Assembly (NCBI GenBank): GCA_965238075.1
Contig: OZ250173.1
Coordinates: forward strand, 288,001-352,000
Source: Candidatus Entotheonellaceae bacterium
GTDB lineage: Bacteria; Tectomicrobia; Entotheonellia; Entotheonellales; Entotheonellaceae
Reading direction: 5' to 3'
DNA length: 64,000 nucleotides
The notes below the pieces were generated by a model. It saw only the letters and a list, made by a program, of their open reading frames with translations. It made no database searches and had not been told where the DNA came from. The translations under genes and the position numbers were made by a program. The stretch's first letter is position 1. Every line of letters begins with the position of its first letter. Positions 1 to 8,388 of this stretch are shown piece after piece.

Positions 1-2
1 GC

Positions 3-827
3 TCCGTTACTTGGCTCAGACGGCATGGCAATCCTGCGGGCCCCAGGATAGTCCTCAGTCATGGGAACGGGCTTTCTGCTGACGCCTATTATCCGTTCTG
101 GTCTCTGCTTGTCGACCACTTCGACCTTGTTTTGTACGACTTCCGAAACCACGGCTCGAACACGGTTGGAAACCTTGAAGCCCGCCAATGGCGCCGGTTT
201 ATAGAGGACAACACCGAAGTCCTGAGCGCTATAGATGCACATTTTGGCGAGAAACCGAAAATCGGCGTGTTTCATTCGATGTCTGCGGTAACAGCCGTCC
301 TGCAAAAGTCAGATGCGTTCTCAGCCCTTGTTCTGTTCGATCCGCCGACTTGCCCTCATGGCCGCGCCTTACAGGATTTCAGGAAAATCGGAAATCAGAT
401 GGGCAAGGCGGCAACGAATCGTCAAGCATGGTTCAAAACCCGTGACGACTTGGCCGAGCGTTTACTTCGTTCTTCTGCGTACCAACTCTTGCTTCCCGGC
501 GTGCCAGTACTTATCGCGCAAACGACGTTGCGCCGAGTTGAGAATGGATACGTGCTTTGCTGTCCGCCAATGTATGAAGCACAGGTAGGTATGCAACTTT
601 ACGATGCAGCGGCGGCCTCAGACATTAGCCACTTGCCTTGTCCCGTCAAGGTCATTGGTGCCGATCCTACGGTTCCATTTTCGTTTTTGCCGAGTGTTGA
701 CTTGAGTGACATCGTAGCCTTGGACTATGACTTCGTGCCTGAGGCAACGCACTTTTTGCAACTGGAACAGCCGGAAGCGTGCTTGACTCGGATGCTGGAT
801 TCCCTGGAAAGCCGACAGCTTGTGTGA
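3..827 (+). CDS. alpha/beta-fold hydrolase (5' truncated by window edge)
   Basis: Frame open from base 3: HGNPAGPRIVLSHGNG...YDFRNHG, nucleophile-elbow-like GVFHSMSA, C-terminal ATHFLQLEQP. Confidence 0.85.
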   Translation, partial: SVTWLRRHGNPAGPRIVLSHGNGLSADAYYPFWSLLVDHFDLVLYDFRNHGSNTVGNLEARQWRRFIEDNTEVLSAIDAHFGEKPKIGVFHSMSAVTAVLQKSDAFSALVLFDPPTCPHGRALQDFRKIGNQMGKAATNRQAWFKTRDDLAERLLRSSAYQLLLPGVPVLIAQTTLRRVENGYVLCCPPMYEAQVGMQLYDAAAASDISHLPCPVKVIGADPTVPFSFLPSVDLSDIVALDYDFVPEATHFLQLEQPEACLTRMLDSLESRQLV

Positions 828-889
828 GGTAAGTACCCCTTCAGAAATTGTTAGCGGAATCACCATGTGCCTATGGAAAGGAAACCACC

Positions 890-2083
890 TTGAGCAAAAC
901 CACCCTCACTTGGTCTGAAGATCTGTCTGCCCGCCACGATGGTCTCGTCGCCCTGCGGCGCGACTTCCACCGCCACCCTGAGCTGAGCTTCCAGGAGCAC
1001 CGCACCGCCGAAATCATCGCCGAACGCCTGCACACCGCCGGCTTAGAGGTGCACACCGGCATCGGCGGCACGACGGGCGTCGTCGGCATTTTGCGCGGCG
1101 ACAAGCCCGGGCGCACGGTCGCCTGGCGTGCCGATATCGACGCCCTGCCGCTGACCGAAATACTCGACGCGCCCTTTGCCTCCGGCACCCCGGGGGTCAT
1201 GCACGCCTGCGGGCACGATGGGCACGTGGCCATCGGCATTACCCTGGCGGAACTGCTGGCCGCCCGACGCGCCGAGATGCCGGGCACGGCCGTGCTGCTG
1301 TTTCAACCCGCCGAGGAAGTCTTTGGCGGCGCCCGGCCCATGATCGAGGCCGGGGTGCTGGAAAATCCACGCGTTGCCGAGGTCTACGGCCTGCATTTGA
1401 CCACCGATACGCCGGGCGGGCACGTGGCGGTCCGCTCCGGCCCGTGCATGGCGTCGGCCGACTTTTTCGACGTCGAGGTGCGCGGCAAGGGCGGCCACGG
1501 CGCCTTTCCACACCTATCAATTGACCCCATTACCGTCGCCGCCAACATCTTGCTGGGCATGCAGAATCTGGTGTCCCGCGAGGTGGCCGCCAAGGAACCG
1601 GCGGTGTTGACCGTCGGACAGATCGTTTCCGGCACCAAGCACAACATCATTCCGGTCACCGCCACCCTGCGCGGCTCCTTACGCACCTTCAACCAGGAGG
1701 TCCGCGAACAGGTGATGGAGCGCCTGGGCGCCTTTGTCACCAACATCGCGCACGCCTATGAGGCCGAAGCCCACGTCACTTTTGCCGACGAGGGCTGTCC
1801 GACCGTGATCAACCACGAGAAGGAGTCAGCGTTCGTGCATCGCTGCGCGGTGGACGAGATCGGCGCGGAAAACGTAGGCGAGGCGGACATGATAATGGCC
1901 AGCGACGACATGAGCCTGTTTCTGGAAGAACGCCCGGGATGCTACTTCGTGGTCGGCGCCGCGCCTCCCGACGGCGTGCCGCGCCCGCATCACGCGCCGG
2001 AGTTCGAACTGAACGAAGCGGGCTTGCCAGTCGGCCTGCGCGTGGCGCTCAACGTGATGCTCAGCGCCCTGTCCGCCGGCTGA
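890..2083 (+). CDS. M20D family amidohydrolase, copy 1
   Basis: LRRDFHRHPEL, RADIDAL, MHACGHDGH, FQPAEE, PHHAPEF motifs; TTG start after AAGGA RBS. Confidence 0.93.
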   Translation: MSKTTLTWSEDLSARHDGLVALRRDFHRHPELSFQEHRTAEIIAERLHTAGLEVHTGIGGTTGVVGILRGDKPGRTVAWRADIDALPLTEILDAPFASGTPGVMHACGHDGHVAIGITLAELLAARRAEMPGTAVLLFQPAEEVFGGARPMIEAGVLENPRVAEVYGLHLTTDTPGGHVAVRSGPCMASADFFDVEVRGKGGHGAFPHLSIDPITVAANILLGMQNLVSREVAAKEPAVLTVGQIVSGTKHNIIPVTATLRGSLRTFNQEVREQVMERLGAFVTNIAHAYEAEAHVTFADEGCPTVINHEKESAFVHRCAVDEIGAENVGEADMIMASDDMSLFLEERPGCYFVVGAAPPDGVPRPHHAPEFELNEAGLPVGLRVALNVMLSALSAG

Positions 2084-2104
2084 AATCGGGCGCCGCCGGC
2101 AGCC

Positions 2105-2220
2105 ATGAACGACGCCAACCGCCCCCCATGGCTTGATGCCGACGCACTGTTTGGCCGTCCCGCCGGGGCGCGCTTGCAGGCGCTGCTGGACAAACCAGAC
2201 ATCGTATCCGTGCCGGGGAC
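2105..2220 (+). pseudogene. 5' stub of methylisocitrate lyase (prpB-like), stub 1
   Basis: MNDANRPPWLDADALFGRPAGARLQALLDKPDIVSVPG matches the first 38 aa of the gene at 7439 (27/38 identical by eye), then homology is lost. Confidence 0.85.
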
Positions 2221-2291
2221 GCAGGTTTCACCTGCTCACCGCGCCCCGCTTGCGCCACACCAACGCACGGCCAATAAGAAAGGAAACCCCA

Positions 2292-3485
2292 TTGAGCAAA
2301 ACCACCCTCACTTGGTCTGAAGATCTGTCCGCCCGCCACGATGGTCTCGTCGCCCTGCGGCGCGACTTCCACCGCCACCCTGAACTGAGCTTCCAGGAAC
2401 ACCGTACCGCCGAAATCATCGCCGAGCGCCTGCATGCTGCCGGCCTGGAAGTCCGCACCGGCATCGGCGGCACGACGGGCGTCGTCGGCATTCTGCGCGG
2501 CGACAAGCCCGGACGCACCGTCGCCTGGCGCGCCGATATCGACGCCTTGCCGCTGACCGAAATCCTCGACGCGCCCTTCGCCTCCGGCGCCTCCGGAGTC
2601 ATGCACGCCTGCGGGCACGATGGGCACGTGGCCATCGGCATCACCCTGGCAGAACTGCTGGCCGCCCGACGCGCCGAGGTGCCGGGGACGGCCGTGCTAC
2701 TGTTCCAACCCGCCGAGGAAGTTTTCGGCGGCGCCCGGCCCATGATCGAGGCCGGGGTGCTGGAAGACCCGCGGGTCGATGAGGTCTACGGCCTGCATTT
2801 GACCACCCAGACACCGGGCGGGCACGTGGCGGTGCGCTCCGGTCCGTGCATGGCGTCGGCTGACTTTTTCGACGTCGAAGTGCGGGGCAAGGGCGGCCAC
2901 GGCGCCTTTCCCCACCTGTCGATCGATCCCATCACCGTTGCCGCCAACATCCTGCTGGGCATGCAAAACCTCGTATCCCGCGAGGTTGCCGCCAAAGAAC
3001 CGGCGGTGCTGACCGTCGGACAAATTGTTTCCGGCACCAAGCACAACATCATTCCGGTCACCGCCACCCTACGCGGCTCCCTACGCACCTTCAATCAGGA
3101 AGTCCGCGAACAGGTGATGGAACGCCTGGGCGCCTTCGTCACCAACATCGCGCACGCTTATGAGGCCGAAGCCCACCTCGCTTTCGCTGACGAGGGCTGT
3201 CCGACCGTCGTCAATCACGACAACGAGTCGGCGTTCGTGCATCGCTGCGCGGTGGACGAGATCGGCGCCGAGCACGTGGGTGAGGCGGACATGATGATGG
3301 GCAGCGACGACATGAGCTTGTTTCTGGAAGAACGCCCGGGGTGCTACTTCCGCGTCGGCGTCGCGCCTCCCGACGGCGTGCCGCGCCCGCATCACGCGCC
3401 GGAGTTCGAAATGAACGAAGTCGGCTTGCCGGTCGGCCTGCGGGTGGCGCTCAACGTCATGCTCAACGCCCTGTCGTCGGCCTGA
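2292..3485 (+). CDS. M20D family amidohydrolase, copy 2
   Basis: Same length (397 aa) and motifs as copy 1, about 23 aa differences; TTG start after AAGGA RBS. Confidence 0.93.
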   Translation: MSKTTLTWSEDLSARHDGLVALRRDFHRHPELSFQEHRTAEIIAERLHAAGLEVRTGIGGTTGVVGILRGDKPGRTVAWRADIDALPLTEILDAPFASGASGVMHACGHDGHVAIGITLAELLAARRAEVPGTAVLLFQPAEEVFGGARPMIEAGVLEDPRVDEVYGLHLTTQTPGGHVAVRSGPCMASADFFDVEVRGKGGHGAFPHLSIDPITVAANILLGMQNLVSREVAAKEPAVLTVGQIVSGTKHNIIPVTATLRGSLRTFNQEVREQVMERLGAFVTNIAHAYEAEAHLAFADEGCPTVVNHDNESAFVHRCAVDEIGAEHVGEADMMMGSDDMSLFLEERPGCYFRVGVAPPDGVPRPHHAPEFEMNEVGLPVGLRVALNVMLNALSSA

Positions 3486-3504
3486 AAACCGAAGCTGCCG
3501 CAGC

Positions 3505-3590
3505 CTTGAACACCCCATCCTGCCCCATGGCTCGATGCCGCCGCGCTGTACGCCCGCCGGTGAACGCCTGCAGACGGTGCTGGACAGATC
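3505..3590 (+). pseudogene. degenerate 5' stub of prpB-like gene, stub 2
   Basis: gccgcagcc-TTGaac...ccatggctcgatgccgccgcgctg...ggtgaacgcctgcagacggtgctggacaga encodes PWLDAAAL / GERLQTVLDR with indels; homologous to 7439-7530. Confidence 0.75.
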
Positions 3591-3614
3591 GAGAATAGCG
3601 CGCTGCGGGGCCCC

Positions 3615-3941
3615 TCCGGCCTGCAGCCGCCGCCGCTCCAGCAACGCCCGCATGTCACGCCGCCCGTCGGCGATCACCAGCACGTAGACGTTGTCTTCGG
3701 TCACCCGGTAGATGAATCCGGTAGGGCTTGAAGAAAACCTCCCGGTACTCCCGAACCCCAATGTCCAGCAATTCCTTGGGATAGCTGCCACGCCGAGGAT
3801 GGTCGGAAAGGCTGCTGAACGCCCCTCAATCCGATCCATTACGGGATCGGCACTTCCCGGCGAATCGTGCCGAGCGATGTAGTCGCAGATCTCCTCCAGG
3901 TCGCGCGCCGCGTCATCGGTCAGCCGGACCAGGAAGGGCAT
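3615..3941 (-). pseudogene. ParE/RelE family toxin, inactivated (two compensating frameshifts, stop lost)
   Basis: N-term MPFLVRLTDDAARDLEEICDYIARHDS and C-term IYRVTEDNVYVLVIADGRRDMRALLERR are ParE-like; the expected middle (AFSSLSDHPRRGSYPKELLDIGVREYREVFFKPYRI) is in another frame. Confidence 0.8.
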
Positions 3942-4216
3942 CAGCGAGTCCGCTGCCGCTCCCGCAGCCGTGCGACGACGGCGACGGCGGGCTGCACCCG
4001 GCCCGCTTCGACCTGGCGGTCACCCAACGCCAGCATCTTCAGCAGCGCCACGGTCTCCTGCATCCGCTCATAGCTGTCGATATCCTGCATGACCACCTTG
4101 GCCTCACCGTTCTGGGTGATGATCAAGGGTTCCCCCCGGTCGCCGAGCGTGCGCACGATCTCGGCGGCGTGGGCCTTGAGGTAACTGATCGGCTTAATCT
4201 GGCTGGACAGTTTCAT
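3941..4216 (-). CDS. Phd/YefM family antitoxin
   Basis: MKLSSQIKPISYLKAHAAEIVRTL...EPLIITQNGEAKVVMQD; AAAGGAGG RBS; stop overlaps toxin start. Confidence 0.92.
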   Translation of the reverse strand: MKLSSQIKPISYLKAHAAEIVRTLGDRGEPLIITQNGEAKVVMQDIDSYERMQETVALLKMLALGDRQVEAGRVQPAVAVVARLRERQRTR

Positions 4217-5485
4217 GGGCCGCCTCCTTTCAGACCACATTTGTCCTACAAACAGGTCCGACGGCAAGGACGCTCTCCGCCGAGCCAGGACCAACCACGG
4301 AGCGGTATCTGCAACTCCGGCGGCGTCTACTTACTTCCCCCAACGTGTTGTGCATGAATCAACGACCAGGCAAAGTTTGTGGCAGGACCTCGTATCGACC
4401 TCACGCAGCCAGGATACGTGTGTGAGGCCGCAGTTCGTGCATGCAGGCTACCTTGAACGGACTCTGATCCACAAGGAGGACATCAAGTCGATTTGCCGAG
4501 TCGTTCGTGACGCAGCTGAGCGATACGTCGGCCAGCTTGAATCCGGAGAATCCCAGTACGCCGTGCGCTGCGATCTATCCTCGATCAAGCACCATAATCG
4601 TTTCATTGCGCCGGGACCGGAGATTCGACAACTCGAATACTGTTCAGGGCGTTCTCGGCGTTCTCGGCGTACTGCGGCGGTGCAGGTAACCCTGAAGCCG
4701 GTGCTGAACTTCCGTCAGGCAAGAGGGGGTTTCGAGTCCGAGCTGGTGGGAAACGATGTCCGGACAACTTTCGTTGGTTGGATCCAGGAGAGTCTGGACC
4801 GGGAAGGTCTGGGCAAGTATGGCGCGCGGCCGGGTGGCCGCACAAGCATGGACATCACACTTGAGCAATTGGACAAGGCTTCTGCCTTGCAGTTTCTCAT
4901 CGACCATCTGAGGCTCGGAGACTCTCGACGTCGCGGGCAGCCGTTCGGGTCCAACGCCATCTACCTCAGGGACGAGGTGATGGTCGGCGGAGGCAATGAC
5001 TATCCCGTCACCCGGATACCGGGACTGATGGTCTTTGCGGTGAATCCCACAAGGACTTGGTTCCATTCCTGCCCCAAGTCCTGGTTCCGTCGGCTGTCTT
5101 TGCAGGGCCTGATGCAACGGCGGCGGTGCTGGCTCAGTTCAACCAGTGCGCGGGACGATTGCTGGCCGAGTTTCGCGACGATCAGCCTGCTGCGATGACG
5201 GCGGTCGACGCCTTGGAGCATGAGATATTCTCGCGGCGAATTGAGAATAAACTAGCTGATCTGAGACGTGATGATGCCATTCCCATAGCTTGCTGGCAGG
5301 CATTGCATATGTTCGTTACGCTGATGAGCCGTAGCGATGCATCGGCGCGGCATTGGCTGTCATCGCTGGTTGACGGGTTGGATAGAATCATGTTGCACAG
5401 TAGCCAGCACCACCCGATTCCAGGGCAGGGCTGGAGTCATCCGGACCGGGCCGGGGACCGTCCAACGCCGGAGAGAGATCGATGA
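4215..5485 (+). pseudogene. probable HAD-superfamily (IIB-like) hydrolase, frameshifted
   Basis: GGRTSMDI...LDKASAL...IYLRDE...GGND resembles HAD motifs III/IV (GDE appears as RDE); frame switch near 5049 joins ORF 4215-5198 to ORF 5057-5485; no N-terminal DxD motif seen; 5' boundary uncertain. Confidence 0.55.
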
Positions 5486-5501
5486 GACGTGGAGACAACG
5501 G

Positions 5502-6683
5502 GTGAAGATTGCGGCGTCCGTGCTCCTGGCCTGCTTGGCCGTGGCGGCGGTTCTCGCCGTCGTATCGCCCGACGTGCGGGACGCCATGGCGTGGGGATGG
5601 GCCGTGGTTGCAGACAACGCCGCGGCGTACGAGCGCTATCTGGCGGTGCGGCCCGACGGCCGGCACGCCAGCGAAGCGCGCCGGCGCCTGGACGATTTCG
5701 CCTGGGACGACGCCCGGCGGACCGCCACGGTGGTGTCCTATCAGGCATATCTGGAGCGGTTCCCGGAAGGCCGGCACGCCAGCGAGGCGCGCCGGCGCCT
5801 GGACGATTTCGCCTGGGACGACGCCCGGCGGACCGCCACGGTGGTGTCCCATCAGGCATATCTGGAGCGATTCCCGGAAGGCCGGCACGCCAGCGAGGCA
5901 ACCGAGGTGATGCGCAGTCTCCGTCACGACGAGCGTCTCTTCACGGAATTGGAGGGGAGCGCGGACCTGACGGCGTACGAAATGTTCCTGGAGCGCTACC
6001 CCGGCCACATGCGCGAGCCGGACGCCAGACAGGCCGTCCTCGACATGCAGGAAGGGCGCGACATCGTCGACCTGATCGCCGCGGGCGACCTCGAGGTCGT
6101 AACCGCGGGCAGCGGCATTCGGGCGGTGGCGCTCCGGCTGCGGCGCCGCACGCCGCATCCGCTGGTGGTCCACCTTCCGGTCGGCACGTTCTTCGTGTCC
6201 CGGCACCGCTCCACAAAGAACATGGTGGCGACCGACGACCGCACCGTCCGGCTCATGTCGGCGGCCTGGACAGACGTCGAGGTTGCGGCGGCCTGCGCCA
6301 ACCGTCCCCGGGACATCCCCGGCGACGGCGACAGCTTCGCGGTCACCCGCGCGCCGGATCAGGCGGATCTGCGGCGCCTGATGCCCGTGCTGCGACAGGC
6401 CGGCGCCGATCCCGACGTGCGGCAAGCCGCAGTCTGGATCGTGACCGACGACGCCGACTACGAAGACCTTGGCGTTCTGGTCAGCCCCACACCGCACCAT
6501 TCGCTCGAGGGCTCGCGCGTCATCGGCAAGACCGACGCCGCGCGGGCCATGCGGATCGTCGCGGACGCCGGCATCGACATCACCCGCAAGGCCATCTGGC
6601 GCGACCGATTGACGATTGCCGACGGGGCCGGCTACAACCCGGAAGAGACGGCTGCCTTGCGGGCATGGCTCGCGCAGCCGTGA
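5502..6683 (+). CDS. membrane-anchored/secreted protein with tandem helical repeats (YxAYLERFPEGRHA)
   Basis: GTG start after GGAG; hydrophobic N-terminus KIAASVLLACLAVAAVLAVV; four repeats of YxxYL..(F/Y/R)PxG-type motif. Confidence 0.7.
   Translation: MKIAASVLLACLAVAAVLAVVSPDVRDAMAWGWAVVADNAAAYERYLAVRPDGRHASEARRRLDDFAWDDARRTATVVSYQAYLERFPEGRHASEARRRLDDFAWDDARRTATVVSHQAYLERFPEGRHASEATEVMRSLRHDERLFTELEGSADLTAYEMFLERYPGHMREPDARQAVLDMQEGRDIVDLIAAGDLEVVTAGSGIRAVALRLRRRTPHPLVVHLPVGTFFVSRHRSTKNMVATDDRTVRLMSAAWTDVEVAAACANRPRDIPGDGDSFAVTRAPDQADLRRLMPVLRQAGADPDVRQAAVWIVTDDADYEDLGVLVSPTPHHSLEGSRVIGKTDAARAMRIVADAGIDITRKAIWRDRLTIADGAGYNPEETAALRAWLAQP
5658..5899 (+). repeat. 111-bp in-frame tandem repeat, about 2.2 copies
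   Basis: Units start at 5658, 5769 and 5880 (ggccggcacgccagcga...); nearly identical at nucleotide level. Confidence 0.95.
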
Positions 6684-7038
6684 GTGGGCGAATCGAGAGC
6701 GTCTCCCAGGCGAAGCGCCGGCACAAAAAAAAGCGGAGGCACTGACATTCAGACAGGAGCGATAACACCCCATCGTAAACATCGCCAACCGGCTGCGTGG
6801 TGCGCTCTGGCGGCGGCAATCCCGCTTTCCGCGGCCCCCGACTTCGTACAGGCGCCTCGGGTCGCCGAGTGAAGTGTGGCAGTGGTGCAAGGGGTTCTGG
6901 CTGACGGACAAAGCGTCGAGGAAGCGCGCGCCGTCGCCGGAGAGTTAGCATCATGAAAAGTCTGCGCCTGTCCTATTACCTGCAAACCGGCTCGGCACGG
7001 TGTCCGCACGCACACGCGAGCCCAGAGTCCGCGGCGAC

Positions 7039-7241
7039 TAGAGCATTTCCGTTTCTGATTGCACCAGGAAGATAGCGGCCGGCTCATACGCCCCTCCCTA
7101 TCCCGCCGCCGCAAAGGGGGGATTCGCTGCTCCCCGGCCCCCTGCCTGGCGAGGAAACCGCTATTCCCTCTCCCCTGGAGAGAGGGTTGGGGTGAGGGGG
7201 AAGTCCCGGAGTACACACCGTCTTAATCCGAAAGGGCTCTA
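7039..7241. mobile_element. putative MITE with TA ends carrying a REP-like palindrome
   Basis: Left end TAGAGCATTTCCG; right end reverse complement TAGAGCCCTTTCGG; internal ccctctcccctggagagagggttggggtgagggg hairpin. Confidence 0.5.
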
Positions 7242-7438
7242 ATGACCAGTGGCCTCGGGGCAAGCGTCCCAACTGGGTTTATCGCCTTGACAGAGAATCC
7301 AAAAAAGGGTCTTTATTTACCTGTACATGAGTTTCTGAATGTTCTCGCACCTATCTTCTGCTCTGACTCTGGCGTATTGATTGAAACACACCGTCGGCAT
7401 CACGCCTGACGACAGCCTGAACGGAAGCCGCCGCAGCC

Positions 7439-8368
7439 ATGAACAACGCCATTCGACCGCCGTGGCTTGATGCCGCGGCGCTGCATGACCGCCCCGCCGG
7501 TGAGCGCTTGCAAATGCTGCTAGACAGACCGGGCGTTGTGACCGTTCCAGGAGCCCACGACGCGCTATCGGGACGCCTCGCCCAGCGCGCCGGTTTCGAG
7601 GCGTTGTACCTGTCCGGTGCGGCCCTCAGCGCTTCCATGGCTCTGCCGGACCTCGGCGTCATCACCCTGGAAGAATTGTGCCACGCTACCCGCCTGCTGG
7701 TGCGGGCCACCGGGCTGCCGGTTCTGGTGGACGGCGATACCGGATACGGCGAGGCGCTGAACGTCATGCGCCTGGTACGCGAATTGGAAGACGCCGGCGC
7801 CGCTGCGGTGCAGATCGAGGACCAACTCCTGCCCAAGAAATGCGGCCATCTCAACGACAAACGGCTGGCCGCTGCCGACGACATGGCCCGCAAAATCGCC
7901 GCCGCCCGGCGGGCCCGCACCCATTTGCAAATCATTGCGCGCACGGATGCCGCGGCGGTGAGCCTCGACGACGCCATCCAACGCGCCCGCCTTTATCGTG
8001 AGGCCGGCGCCGACATCCTGTTTCCCGAGGCGCTGACGTCGGATGACGACTTCCGCGCTGTTGCCGCGGCGGTGGACGCTCCGCTGCTGGCCAACATGAC
8101 GGAATTCGGCCGCACCTCCTACCGGGATGCCAGGGCTTTCGAGGCGTTGGGGTTCAAGCTGGTCATCTGGCCGGTGTCCTCGCTGCGGGTGGCTGCCAGG
8201 GCCGTCGCTTATCTGTATGAACATTTGGCCGCCACGGGGCAGACGTCGGACTTGCTGGACCGCATGCAGACGAGAGCGGAACTCTACGACACCCTGGGCT
8301 ACCACGACTTTGAGGCCCTCGACCAATCCATCGCCGCCAGCGTGGTGCCGCCGGCCCCAGGCGCGTGA
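7439..8368 (+). CDS. prpB: methylisocitrate lyase (ICL/PEP mutase family)
   Basis: YLSGAA, VDGDTGYG, IEDQLLPKKCGH, ARTDA, LLANMTEFG, MQTRAELY. Confidence 0.9.
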   Translation: MNNAIRPPWLDAAALHDRPAGERLQMLLDRPGVVTVPGAHDALSGRLAQRAGFEALYLSGAALSASMALPDLGVITLEELCHATRLLVRATGLPVLVDGDTGYGEALNVMRLVRELEDAGAAAVQIEDQLLPKKCGHLNDKRLAAADDMARKIAAARRARTHLQIIARTDAAAVSLDDAIQRARLYREAGADILFPEALTSDDDFRAVAAAVDAPLLANMTEFGRTSYRDARAFEALGFKLVIWPVSSLRVAARAVAYLYEHLAATGQTSDLLDRMQTRAELYDTLGYHDFEALDQSIAASVVPPAPGA

Positions 8369-8388
8369 CAGGAAAGGAGCCCGACCCC

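Noticed and set aside
3081-3941. 286-aa ORF as a long toxin fusion
   Set aside because: The extension beyond about 3615 results from a lost stop codon and runs antisense to M20 copy 2.
5658-5899. Direct repeats as a CRISPR array
   Set aside because: Units are contiguous 111-bp in-frame coding repeats with no unique spacers, and there are no cas genes.
5388-6911. Long overlapping ORFs (507 aa minus, 418 aa plus) over the repeat protein
   Set aside because: Arg/Gly/Pro-rich shadow frames typical of high-GC DNA; no motifs.
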